Below the pieces are notes generated by a model that worked only from the letters and a program-made list of their open reading frames with translations, ran no database searches and had not been told where the DNA came from. Shown piece by piece: positions 29,201 to 38,120 of a stretch of DNA of 64,000 nucleotides. How positions within the stretch are numbered: position 1 is the stretch's first letter; each line of letters starts with the position of its first letter. Origin of the DNA: Candidatus Uhrbacteria bacterium (GTDB lineage Bacteria; Patescibacteriota; Patescibacteriia; JACPHY01); assembly GCA_016188355.1 (NCBI GenBank), contig JACPHY010000015.1:1040-65039 (forward strand), written 5' to 3'. Position numbers and translations under genes: made by a program.

Positions 29201-31569
29201 TCGCACAATTCACTCCCAACAGCGTACCCACGATCACGTTGGGGGGTGACCGCATCTCACGGTTTACCGAATATACCGACGGCCGCGGGGCACTCATGAA
29301 ACAGTACGAAATTCCCAAGAGTCAAACCCCTGGCACCTACCCCATCACCGCAACCGACCAGAGCGGCGCCAAGGTGGCCGCATCGCTCGTGGTGAACGGC
29401 GTTGCCGCTCCCCCTACACTCACCATCGACCCCACGACCACCACATCAGCATCCTCCGTGGTGGTGCGTGGGAAAAACTGGGGCGATGGTCCATGGACGA
29501 TCACCATGCGCCTCGCGAACGGCAAAGGAAAAGAGTATCCGCTCCCGATCGATATCAATCTCTGTGCGAGAACAGTGAAAGCAGAGGAATGTCAGGACGG
29601 CGATCTGGCCGTGAAGGTCATTCTCCCCGAAGCACTAGAGCCGGGCACATACCGCGTGAACGTTGCGGGAACCACGGTGAGCAAGAGCGCGACACTCACC
29701 ATCATCGCGCAGGATATCCAAGAAGGAACGGAGGCCGCGATCGCCATCACGCCGACCACGGGCGCGCCGGGCACCTCCGTCATCATTAGCGGCACACGTT
29801 TCCAGCCCAATTCGAACGTCATCATCAAGTTTGATGAGCAGGTACTCCGCGCACAGCGCGGCGCCACGCGCACCGACGCACGCGGCGCATTCTCTGGCAT
29901 CACCGTCACCGTGCCCATCACCACCGCCGCAAAACACCAGATCACCGTACTCGACGGACAAGGGCATCGCACATCTACCGCATTCATCGTTGGCGCGATC
30001 AAGGAAGCCGATGGAGACGAAAAGAAAAAAGAGGAACAAAAGGAGACGCCATGCAATCCCGATCTCCCCTCGTTCTACGAGGGCGCATGCCCGAAGGGTA
30101 CGACTCCAGAGCAGAAAAAGGAGGAACCGAAAAAGGATGCGCCGTGCGATCCGAATCTTCCCTCCTGGTGGGCGGGCGCATGTCCAGCAAAATCAAACGC
30201 ACCAACGCCGGAACCCAAGAAGGAGACACCGCAACCAGAGACACCAAAATCCAACCCACCCTGCAACCCCGATCTCCCGTCATGGTGGGAAGGAGCATGC
30301 AAGCCATCCGAACCGTCTCCTCTTCCCGCGCCACAGCCACCCGTCGATACATCCAAATGTAATCCACTCGCTCCGAGCTACACACAACCGCCGGAATGTC
30401 GAAGCGCCGCGGCACCGACCTCGAACACCATCGCCGCAGGCGCTGCGCTCCTGAATCGCGTCGTAGAACCGCTCCTCGCGTTGTTCACGATGCCCACTTC
30501 CGCCGCAGCCGCAAAGGCACCCGCATTCACATCGAAATTCATGGCGGGATCGTACCGCTGCTGGAGCTACAACGTGAGCGGCGGGGGCGGCTCCTGCCGA
30601 CTTGCGCCGCCGCTCGAACTCAAGGCGAACGGAACGTACACCATGTCCAGTGAACGCGGGAGGTTCACCGTGCGCGGAAACCAACTCACCCTCTCGCAAT
30701 CCAAGCTCCGCGGCAAAGGGACGGTGAGCGAAGATGGCATGCGCATCCTGTTCGAGTATCCCTATAACGGATGGCAGCATACCGTCACCTATCTCCGCAG
30801 CACTCCACTCCCCGGGAGCGTGGCAGTGGAACTCACGATCCGATATCCCGAAGAACAGGGATGGCTCGACTGGGTTTCGACGGTGGCATTGGAGCCAACG
30901 AACGGCAGTGCCACGCGATACGATGGCGTCGCTACCGCACCGGATCGACGCACCATAAAAACCACGTACAACCGCGGCGTCATGGGCGGGCTAACCTACC
31001 GCGTGTTCGTCTCTACCGGAACGGACCGACAGGAGGTAGGGGTGCTCGATCTCCGGAAACAACGTGGCGGCAGCATCACGCGCACCATTGATGCACCGCT
31101 ACCGAAACCCACAGCTACCGAACCCGCTGATCCGCCCGTCGCCCCCATCATCGTTCCGATCGTTCCCGCCATGCCGACGACGCCCACCACTCCGGTCACG
31201 CCTCCCGCATCATCGGGAATACCGTGCGATCCCAATGTGCCCAAGTACTCGCAACCAGGCTGCGTCGATCCCGATGCTCCGGTGGTGAGCTCGCCGCCTC
31301 CGACCGCATCCCCCATCATCGAAACGCCGATCTTCGGCACACTCTCAGAGGGACCCACCTGGAATGCCCCTCCTCCCCCCGCGGACCCCACGCCCGCGTC
31401 GCCGCCCGCGTCATCGCCAAGCGCGCCGCCACGAAAAAACATCGGCGACCCATGGACGGATAGCTACGAAAACGAAGACACGCCCATACGCGAGTACTAC
31501 CGCACGCATCCCGGGGCAACCATGGGTCCGCCCCTCCTCCGCTATAACCTTCCCTCAGGGATTTTCTAA
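26233..31569 (+). CDS. giant secreted cell-surface protein (1778 aa): signal peptide, poly-Pro, Cys-rich N-domain, multiple IPT/TIG-like Ig-fold repeats, Pro/Lys/Glu stalk with Cys-bracketed CxPxLPxYWxGC repeats
   Basis: Signal peptide MLMSTPQTRWHRLAPLLVLCALALLPQSVSA and a Pro10 run. IPT/TIG-like segments such as ITVFGTNFPPDARITEVTIAGRG, TSVIISGTRFQPNSNVIIKFDEQVL and SSVVVRGKNWGDGPWTITMRLANGK. Repeats PCNPDLPSFYEGACP, PCDPNLPSWWAGACP, PCNPDLPSWWEGACKP, KCNPLAPSYTQPPEC, PCDPNVPKYSQPGC. Confidence 0.85.
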   Translation: MLMSTPQTRWHRLAPLLVLCALALLPQSVSAGWFDWLFPPPPPPPPPPALEVRCDDALRWTIPNVELGQYRTCPKAGEAYAGDILIIDAKHFPADSEAKPARIAKLYIYQNGQWPTRALTYGPTRTGNGNFRLMALVPSSLAPGNYTFILRVVDTCGTPCTRPIQYEGLCPSTECLQEHRDVFVQASFDLRIRDPKQEVRPPINPGNGPFDFTCSWTEKTWNAATEQFDTVKKSSKDTCPGGSSFSLNAGPFPRAYRDEMLKVYLRGPADAMGLCKDGAEGPTQYGHNGFCYFPQYTPFAGRTCDPMIVFQGPRCRQGKSDPMTCDGPNRPHSQTPTNCRIAVQHHLVAPPGTTYALVVRNSWASNPPTPDRWEVVGQSVLITEPITEPKQTYRGKQFTVTLDRDQLTFENPYGYPTLVPQYIRKGQLIPGARFQLPVRWDAPAGTTFPFFPRHKMQLVLDADSAGNGGTVLREGNAAEAKSGKTTTWENLQSPSDLQPGRHRLTIRCTNCDDQLTVGDPAIGNRPRPVFYVPTSVEVEVVDLAALPLPALRVQPTAVAPHGTITVFGTNFPPDARITEVTIAGRGGSATLGSTYRAPPYERFTFTVEGQRVTKEQPRIDVPVASDGRMALVIPLPPLAGDLVAGRGEVRVEVTVRDGATTFKKQTTFTIDASDCPLGAERPILSFGKERSDWMAPTVPVTTAAPLGYFQGQTAEIYGKHFACRSPITKVTATWKSGGNTYGPIALPLRKLEREEAAPFAVVGQEATNHDGTIGGSSGLALRPTGSLWWRNHLDVDHVLIAITDQSGRTSAPTRLELQSPPFRATPVTPSGVAAGERAAIRLSGFTSGHRIVIAPLPNEGLGNEPLEYAENLTWNTALGKRFAQLTKNFRLERNPDTVDYQIPSDLTTGVHTFAVVDTTEGEEARVDLSRLHHQLLRSRPRALFTMEIGGKKTAPDDQKDQKTDIPGKENLAITVAPTTAAPGTRITITLAQFTPNSVPTITLGGDRISRFTEYTDGRGALMKQYEIPKSQTPGTYPITATDQSGAKVAASLVVNGVAAPPTLTIDPTTTTSASSVVVRGKNWGDGPWTITMRLANGKGKEYPLPIDINLCARTVKAEECQDGDLAVKVILPEALEPGTYRVNVAGTTVSKSATLTIIAQDIQEGTEAAIAITPTTGAPGTSVIISGTRFQPNSNVIIKFDEQVLRAQRGATRTDARGAFSGITVTVPITTAAKHQITVLDGQGHRTSTAFIVGAIKEADGDEKKKEEQKETPCNPDLPSFYEGACPKGTTPEQKKEEPKKDAPCDPNLPSWWAGACPAKSNAPTPEPKKETPQPETPKSNPPCNPDLPSWWEGACKPSEPSPLPAPQPPVDTSKCNPLAPSYTQPPECRSAAAPTSNTIAAGAALLNRVVEPLLALFTMPTSAAAAKAPAFTSKFMAGSYRCWSYNVSGGGGSCRLAPPLELKANGTYTMSSERGRFTVRGNQLTLSQSKLRGKGTVSEDGMRILFEYPYNGWQHTVTYLRSTPLPGSVAVELTIRYPEEQGWLDWVSTVALEPTNGSATRYDGVATAPDRRTIKTTYNRGVMGGLTYRVFVSTGTDRQEVGVLDLRKQRGGSITRTIDAPLPKPTATEPADPPVAPIIVPIVPAMPTTPTTPVTPPASSGIPCDPNVPKYSQPGCVDPDAPVVSSPPPTASPIIETPIFGTLSEGPTWNAPPPPADPTPASPPASSPSAPPRKNIGDPWTDSYENEDTPIREYYRTHPGATMGPPLLRYNLPSGIF

Positions 31570-31578
31570 GCACGCGCT

Positions 31579-32196
31579 ATGGATGCAAAAAAGCCAATAA
31601 ACCCCATGAAGCTCTACCTCGGGGGCATGATGGGGGGGCTCGTGATCGCGCTCATCGTCATCCTCGTGGTCAATTCTCAGAAGACGCCCCCACCCACCAC
31701 TCCTCCCTCTGCTGCTCCCCCATCTGCTTCCGCATATGCCGCATGGGTCGCATTACCGGAAGATGCGCCCGTACGCGCAAAGCTCCCCGCGCAAGCAGTA
31801 GTAGAAACAGAGGTCCTGCCCATCGGAGAAAATCGGACTGCCACGCAGCGCCGCTACATCGCTTCCGATACGAACGAGCAGGTCTATTTTGTCACTACCC
31901 TTGAATACCCAGCGCCCATGAATCTCGAACAGCCGGAACCCGTACTCCGCGCCGGCCTCGACGGCATGGTGCGTGCCGTGCCATCGAACACACTCAAGGA
32001 GACGCGCTTCGGCTCCTTCCAGGGAATGCCCGCGCTCGACTTCACCATTGATGATCCCGCGGGTGCGCTGACGCATCGCGGCAAACTTTTTGCGCGAGAC
32101 CGAACGTTCTATCAGGTATTCGTGACGCACAATGCGGATAAATTTGATGCAACCGCGTACGAGTACTTCCTCTCCTCATTTGCGGCGCAACCGTAG
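31579..32196 (+). CDS. hypothetical membrane-anchored protein (N-terminal TM, Pro/Thr linker, globular domain)
   Basis: LYLGGMMGGLVIALIVILVV TM followed by a PPPTTPPSAAPPSASA linker; lies between the two giant genes. Confidence 0.55.
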   Translation: MDAKKPINPMKLYLGGMMGGLVIALIVILVVNSQKTPPPTTPPSAAPPSASAYAAWVALPEDAPVRAKLPAQAVVETEVLPIGENRTATQRRYIASDTNEQVYFVTTLEYPAPMNLEQPEPVLRAGLDGMVRAVPSNTLKETRFGSFQGMPALDFTIDDPAGALTHRGKLFARDRTFYQVFVTHNADKFDATAYEYFLSSFAAQP

Positions 32197-32205
32197 TGGA
32201 TCTCT

Positions 32206-35200
32206 ATGACACCTCACGCATCGGTACGTCGCTCGCTCGCGCGACACGCGCTCATCGCGCTCGCGATGGGAGCGCTCCTCGTTCCCGCGCCCACGCTCGC
32301 CGCAGAACGACTCCTCGCGCGACCCAGTTCGGAACTCATGGACACTCCTCAACGGAGGCCGCGCGTGTCCCCCGAAACGATCCTGCAACGACAAGCCGTC
32401 CAAGCGCTCCGTACGGTGTTTGCTCCGGAAATCAAACAGTACGCCGGACTTGATGCCTGGCTCACCGATCGCGCCCATCCACCACTCCCCCGTGCTATTG
32501 CCGATCTCCAGGCGATCCGCGCAACCAATCCGAGTGCCGGCCTCACCGAACTCACCGGGAACATCCGCGGCAATCGCAACGTGTATCTCCAGTACATGGG
32601 TATCCAGGCGTGGATCGATCAATACGCACCACCCATCATCACGAGCATCGCCCCCGATGCCGTGATCGCTGGCGATCGCGTCACGATCCGAGGAGATCGA
32701 TTTTCGGATATCAAGGGATTGCAATTTGGCACTCGACCACTTCCCACACAAGATTACATTGTCGTTTCGCCGCAAGAACTCATCGTGGAAATTCCGGAAA
32801 CGAATTCCCGATACGGTCCATATGCAATCGCATTCACGATCCGCACTGCCCACGGCACCACCACCTCTTCCAGCATCACCCAATGGACCGGCACATGCAC
32901 CGATGCACGCATCGGACGTGCATTCACCGAGCTCCTCAACACGAAACCCCGAGGCGACAAGACGCAAGGACAATGCGACCCCGCTCCGTACGGCGCGTAT
33001 ACGTCATATACGGATCTCCTCATCAAGGTAGCCCAACGACACGGATACACGAAACGCGATGCGCCCGTCATCACGGAAATCGCTCCCGGGGTAGGTAATC
33101 CTGGAGACCGCATCACCATTCGCGGTCGCAATCTCTACCAACTCACGGATGTCCTGTTCGGAAATCACCGCGCAGCATTCACCTCACTCTCCGCCGACGA
33201 AATTACCGCCACCGCACCCGGGGAAGGCGCCGGTGTTATCACCATCATCACTAAATCCGGATCCGCAAGCTCCCCACAAGCGTTCGCGTTCCATCCCATT
33301 CCCAAGATCACCGCTACCACGCCCGCGGAAGTCATGTTCACTGATCAACCGCTCACGTTATTCGGTGAACATCTCGGCGAGGACACTGCGAACACCGAAG
33401 TGCGCATTGGCAACGTGCGCTACCCCGTCGAAACCACGCGCGGTGCGGGTGAGGTGATCATCCGCCCGAACCAGCCGGCACAAAACGCCATCATCACGGT
33501 TCGGCGCAATGGCCGACAATCAGAATTCCGATCCGGCATCGACATTTGGACCGGCAAATGCCGCGATCCATGGATCACGCAAGCATTTCAGGACCTCTTT
33601 GGGCGTCCCCCATGGGGGCAGGACGATCTCGGCCAATGCGATTACCGAAAATATCGCAATGGCAAGTGGAATAATTACGAGGAGCTCAAATTCGGCGTAC
33701 GCCAAGTGTACGGATACGGCACCGGCGCCGCGCCCACGATCACCCGCGTCGACCCCCCATCACCCGTTGCAGGAACGCGTGTCACCATCCACGGAACGGG
33801 ATTCACCAATCTCCAGTCGGTTATTTTTGGGAGCAATGCCGCGCAGGATGTCGTACTGCAATCGAATACCGCGATTGCCGCCACCGTTCCCTACGGTGCC
33901 GGGAGTGGCGATGTGGTCGTGGGCACCCTCTTCGGGGTCGCACGTCTGGCCTATACCGTGCAATATCCCCCCGTCGTCAGTCGCATCGAGCCGGTGAATC
34001 CCCGACCAGGAACGACGATCACCCTCTTCGGCTCCCATCTCGACGTCGTGGATACGGTGATGATCGGATCCGCCACAAGCACGATCCGCGAGCAATCGAC
34101 AACCAAACTCGTCGTCGAGGTGCCGCGCGACCTTGCGGGCAAGCACCGCGTCACCGCGAAATCGCCGCGGGGAGACTCTGCATGGCCCGCAGACATTGAT
34201 ATTGCCGTCGTGAAAAACCTCCTCGGCGAGGAAGAATACTGCTTCCCGGGGGTCGGCAAACAATGCCTGGGAAGCGGCGACGAATGGGAATGGCATGGGC
34301 TCGGATCGCAAAAGATCCTCAAGCCCATCGGCTGCTCGAAGGAGGATACCATCACCCTTGATGGAGAAACGTTTGCTGCGCGGTCCTGTTGGGTGGTCCC
34401 TGGTAGCATCAAGCACGATAACTGCTGCCTGCAGCATCCTTCAGGAAAAAATTGCGGAGGACCAGGGAAGAATCCATTCAATAAGGACGAGCCGGATCGC
34501 GATTGGATCTCGGGCAAAGTGAATCCTGCAGGCGAATTCAACCACGACGGCACCTGCGTCCAGGAATGGGATGATGCATTCTGGGATGTGGCCTGGGGTC
34601 GCGCGTGGCCTGCCTTGTTCCGGTCACAAGTACCGGCAAATATCAGCCCCGCCCCCAGTCCACATAACCGGTACCCCAAGGGCGAAGTGGTTGATTCTGC
34701 ATCCGCGTGCGCTCCGGATGGCACCTATCTCACCGCGAAGCATGGCGCAGGATTCTGTTGCTCCGGGAAATTCGAGAAGGACACCGCATACTACGTGCTC
34801 GGCGTGGAGCCATGGGCACGATGCGGGAACGGTCTCGGGAGCATCGTGAAAAATTTGAAAGCAGATCTCGCGATCACGGGCCTGGACCTGAGCACCGCGC
34901 CGCCGTCACCGAACGATCTCCTCCAAACGACGCGCATGCCCACACCGTCCCCAATCACCACCAGTAATCCGCTCGCCACGGGCATCGTGGGCAATTTCAC
35001 GCAGCCCGTACCGGGACCAAGCGCCATCACCACCTCCAATCCCTTCTCGGTACCTGCAGGCCGATCGAGTCGAGGCGTCCAAGGAATCACCCCCGGTACC
35101 ATTGAGCAGGGCGGCGTCATCGCTCCTCCCGCACCCACCAGTCCCCCCACACCCATCCCGACGACGCTGGACGTAACCACCAAGTACTGCAATCCGGAGC

Positions 35201-36363
35201 TTCCGAAGTATTGGCAGCCAGGGTGCACGGAACGGCCAGCCAACGCGCCGCCGGAGGTCAAATACTGCGACCCTACTCTGCCCCGCATTTGGCAGCAGGG
35301 ATGCGTCGCGCGCGGCTCCGCTACGGATCCCGTACTGCAACCGACCACGCCAACACCCGCGCCCCCGGGACGCGAACTCACCCCCGCAAACACCACCGGG
35401 CCCGTACCCGCCGCACCGTCCACTCCGCCCATTCCCCCGCCGAGCGCTGCTGCCCCAAGCGTGCAGTACTGCGATCCCGAACTCCCGAAGTATTGGCAGC
35501 AGGGATGCGTCGAGCCGACCACGGCACCCACACCAATTCCCGCCGCACCCACTCCAGCCGCATCGCGCTGTGATCCGGCGGTGCCCATGTACATGCAGCG
35601 CGGCTGCACGGAGGCAACGCTGCCACCCGAGCAACGCATAACGCACGCCCCATCCTCGCCTTCGCTCGCCAGTAGGTTGCTCCAACCACTCGTTGCTGCG
35701 CTCCTCGCCCCCACTCCCATCACCGCCGCGGAGCCGCCCGCAATCACGCCCCCGGACCAAACAAAATCTACCGCGACCATCACCGTCGCACCCAAAACCG
35801 CACGTCCCGGTCGCCGACTCCTCGTGCAGGGAGAAGGATTCACACCGGAACTTCGCATCGCGGTAGCCATTGATGGCAAGTTCGAACCGGAAATTGAGGA
35901 GGAAACCGAGGAGGACGGATCATTCGATTGGGCCTACGTCATCCCGCGCACCATGGCCAATGGCCCACACGAATTGCTCGTAGTGGATCGCAATGGCGTC
36001 AAGGCGAGAACCAGCTTCACGGTCTTTGGCTCTGCCGTTCGCGCCCGACGAACACCACCGCCAACCACCAACCCATCGCCCAGCGTGCCGCCGACGATTT
36101 CCGTTCCCGTCGCCCCCGCCACGCCGACGGATCGCCGATGCGTGCCGCTCATTCCCCGCCTCTGGCAGCCCGGATGCATCGAAGAATCGGCGCCATCTGC
36201 ACCGCTCCCCTTTGCGGGGAAGTCATGCGACATGAATATTCCGATCACGTTCCAACCCGGCTGCATCGAACCGGAACGCCCGCTCCCCGCACTCTCGGAT
36301 ATGACCGGAAAACCATGCGATCCCCGCGTACCCAAATACACCCAGCGCGGATGCGTGGAGTAG
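32206..36363 (+). CDS. giant secreted cell-surface protein (1385 aa): five IPT/TIG domains, duplicated W-T-G-x-C...G-Q-C-D module, Cys-rich domain, Pro-rich stalk with seven CxPxLPxYWQxGC repeats
   Basis: Signal peptide MTPHASVRRSLARHALIALAMGALLVPAPTLAA. IPT repeats PIITSIAPDAVIAGDRVTIRGDRF, PVITEIAPGVGNPGDRITIRGRNL, PTITRVDPPSPVAGTRVTIHGTGF, PVVSRIEPVNPRPGTTITLFGSHL. Repeats YCNPELPKYWQPGC, YCDPTLPRIWQQGC, YCDPELPKYWQQGC, RCDPAVPMYMQRGC, RCVPLIPRLWQPGC, SCDMNIPITFQPGC, PCDPRVPKYTQRGC. Confidence 0.85.
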   Translation: MTPHASVRRSLARHALIALAMGALLVPAPTLAAERLLARPSSELMDTPQRRPRVSPETILQRQAVQALRTVFAPEIKQYAGLDAWLTDRAHPPLPRAIADLQAIRATNPSAGLTELTGNIRGNRNVYLQYMGIQAWIDQYAPPIITSIAPDAVIAGDRVTIRGDRFSDIKGLQFGTRPLPTQDYIVVSPQELIVEIPETNSRYGPYAIAFTIRTAHGTTTSSSITQWTGTCTDARIGRAFTELLNTKPRGDKTQGQCDPAPYGAYTSYTDLLIKVAQRHGYTKRDAPVITEIAPGVGNPGDRITIRGRNLYQLTDVLFGNHRAAFTSLSADEITATAPGEGAGVITIITKSGSASSPQAFAFHPIPKITATTPAEVMFTDQPLTLFGEHLGEDTANTEVRIGNVRYPVETTRGAGEVIIRPNQPAQNAIITVRRNGRQSEFRSGIDIWTGKCRDPWITQAFQDLFGRPPWGQDDLGQCDYRKYRNGKWNNYEELKFGVRQVYGYGTGAAPTITRVDPPSPVAGTRVTIHGTGFTNLQSVIFGSNAAQDVVLQSNTAIAATVPYGAGSGDVVVGTLFGVARLAYTVQYPPVVSRIEPVNPRPGTTITLFGSHLDVVDTVMIGSATSTIREQSTTKLVVEVPRDLAGKHRVTAKSPRGDSAWPADIDIAVVKNLLGEEEYCFPGVGKQCLGSGDEWEWHGLGSQKILKPIGCSKEDTITLDGETFAARSCWVVPGSIKHDNCCLQHPSGKNCGGPGKNPFNKDEPDRDWISGKVNPAGEFNHDGTCVQEWDDAFWDVAWGRAWPALFRSQVPANISPAPSPHNRYPKGEVVDSASACAPDGTYLTAKHGAGFCCSGKFEKDTAYYVLGVEPWARCGNGLGSIVKNLKADLAITGLDLSTAPPSPNDLLQTTRMPTPSPITTSNPLATGIVGNFTQPVPGPSAITTSNPFSVPAGRSSRGVQGITPGTIEQGGVIAPPAPTSPPTPIPTTLDVTTKYCNPELPKYWQPGCTERPANAPPEVKYCDPTLPRIWQQGCVARGSATDPVLQPTTPTPAPPGRELTPANTTGPVPAAPSTPPIPPPSAAAPSVQYCDPELPKYWQQGCVEPTTAPTPIPAAPTPAASRCDPAVPMYMQRGCTEATLPPEQRITHAPSSPSLASRLLQPLVAALLAPTPITAAEPPAITPPDQTKSTATITVAPKTARPGRRLLVQGEGFTPELRIAVAIDGKFEPEIEEETEEDGSFDWAYVIPRTMANGPHELLVVDRNGVKARTSFTVFGSAVRARRTPPPTTNPSPSVPPTISVPVAPATPTDRRCVPLIPRLWQPGCIEESAPSAPLPFAGKSCDMNIPITFQPGCIEPERPLPALSDMTGKPCDPRVPKYTQRGCVE

Positions 36364-36371
36364 ATGCAACA

Positions 36372-36400
36372 AACCGGCCTCCCTTCGGAGGCCGGTTTTC
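36372..36400 (+). terminator. rho-independent terminator after the giant surface-protein gene
   Basis: aaccggcctcc-cttc-ggaggccggtt followed by tttt, 9 nt after the stop codon. Confidence 0.8.
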
Positions 36401-36510
36401 CGTTGCGCTGCATTGCTCCCATTGGCAACCAAACTGCAGGCCATGATCCCGGAAGATGACGGCGACCGAGTTCTTGCTATCATGCTACCGCACTGACACC
36501 GACTCGGCGT

Positions 36511-37674
36511 ATGCGCCTTGCGCTCGTCCACGACCATCTCAATCAAATCGGCGGCGCGGAACGAGTCCTCCTCACGCTCACGGACGTGTACCCGAAAGCG
36601 CCGATCTACACCCTGCTCTACGATCCGCACGCGATCGCGGATTTCTTCCGTGGGTGCGATATTCGTACCTCCTTCATCGAACGTCTCCCGGGAGGACGGC
36701 GTTGGTTCAAATGGTTCCTCCCCCTCATGCCCACGGCATTCGAGACCTTTGATCTGACCCGGTACGATGTCATCCTCTCCTCATCTTCCGCGCTCTCCAA
36801 AGGGGTCATTGCACACCCCCACCAGCTCCACATTTGCTACTGCCACACGCCCACGCGGTATCTCTGGAGCGATACACACGAGTACCTGGAGAAGCTGCCC
36901 CAACGCGGCACGGCACGACTCCTCCTCCCCATGCTCCTCACCCGGCTGCGGATGTGGGATTACCAATCCGCGCAACGAGTGGATCGCTTCATCGCGAACT
37001 CGCGCTGGGTCGCTGGACGCATCCGAAAATACTATGGGCGCCCCGCGGATGTGATCTATCCACCCGTTGATACCCGATACTTCGTTCCGAGTAGCGGTGA
37101 AGGCGGATACTACTGCATCGTCTCCCGCTTACGGCCGTACAAGAAAGTCGATATTGCCATTGCCGCATGCAATCGACTCCAGTTGCCCTTGGTCATTGCA
37201 GGAAGCGGCGAAGACGAAGCACGACTCCGCGCCATGGCAGGGCCCACCATCGCGTTCCGCGGACAGGTGAGCGAGCGCGAAAAACGCGACCTCCTCCAAA
37301 ACGCGCTCGCCTTCATTCATCCGCAGGAGGAGGATTTTGGCATCACGGCGGTTGAAGCGATGGCCGCAGGACGCCCGGTGATCGCGTTCCGCCGCGGCGG
37401 TGCAATGGAAACCATCATCGAAAACGAAACGGGCATCTTTTTCGATGAGCAGTCCTGGGAAGGTCTCGCCGACGCCCTCCTCCGCTTCCGCGGCCACGCA
37501 CGTCACTGGGATCCGAAACACATTCACCGCCACGCCGAGCAATTCGACACGAGCGTGTTCCGGGATAAAATTACCCAATACGTGCGCAATGCGCGGAAGG
37601 AATTCCAAGACACCACCGCCGCCACTCCGCCCGCAGCTCCATCCGCCTCATCCCCACAAGCAACGGGAAATTGA
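36511..37674 (+). CDS. glycosyltransferase family 4 (GT-B, retaining)
   Basis: MRLALVHDHLNQIGGAERVLLTL N-terminus and C-terminal EDFGITAVEAMAAGRPVIAFRRGGAMETI (GT4 E-x7-E region). Confidence 0.85.
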   Translation: MRLALVHDHLNQIGGAERVLLTLTDVYPKAPIYTLLYDPHAIADFFRGCDIRTSFIERLPGGRRWFKWFLPLMPTAFETFDLTRYDVILSSSSALSKGVIAHPHQLHICYCHTPTRYLWSDTHEYLEKLPQRGTARLLLPMLLTRLRMWDYQSAQRVDRFIANSRWVAGRIRKYYGRPADVIYPPVDTRYFVPSSGEGGYYCIVSRLRPYKKVDIAIAACNRLQLPLVIAGSGEDEARLRAMAGPTIAFRGQVSEREKRDLLQNALAFIHPQEEDFGITAVEAMAAGRPVIAFRRGGAMETIIENETGIFFDEQSWEGLADALLRFRGHARHWDPKHIHRHAEQFDTSVFRDKITQYVRNARKEFQDTTAATPPAAPSASSPQATGN

Positions 37675-37709
37675 CATCCCGCGTACACCGATCGATACTG
37701 TGCGTACGT

Positions 37710-38120
37710 ATGATGGACGCGGAAACAAAAAAATTCATCGAGGAGCAGACCGAGATCATCCTCCGCGTCACGAAGGAGGGATTTGATGCTGTGGATGAAC
37801 GATTTCGAGGAGTCGACGGTCGACTCGATGGCATCGATCATCGACTCGATGCGCTGGACCTCCGCTTGCAAACTATCGAATCCGATATTGCGGACCTCAA
37901 ACAACGCATGTCACGGGTAGAGCAAGAGGTAATCACCCTCGGCGCGCAAATGGTCACGAAGCAGTACCTCGATGCAAAAATTGATGCACTCCTCTCGCAG
38001 CCGCCCATCAACAAAGTCGACGGCGTCCGAAAGGCGGTGCTTGCCGTGCTCCTCCACCTCGAACGCGCGAAGCTCTTACCGAGCGAAGAACGCGCGACAC
38101 TCGAAATGCTCCTCATGTGA
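37710..38120 (+). CDS. small coiled-coil protein with D-x-R-[FL] heptad repeats (paralog of 421..801)
   Basis: MMDAETKKFIEEQTEIILRVTKEGFDAVDERFRGVDGRLDGIDHRLDALDLRLQTIESDIADLKQRM...; same architecture and heptad motif as the ORF at 421..801 (minus strand). Confidence 0.5.
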   Translation: MMDAETKKFIEEQTEIILRVTKEGFDAVDERFRGVDGRLDGIDHRLDALDLRLQTIESDIADLKQRMSRVEQEVITLGAQMVTKQYLDAKIDALLSQPPINKVDGVRKAVLAVLLHLERAKLLPSEERATLEMLLM

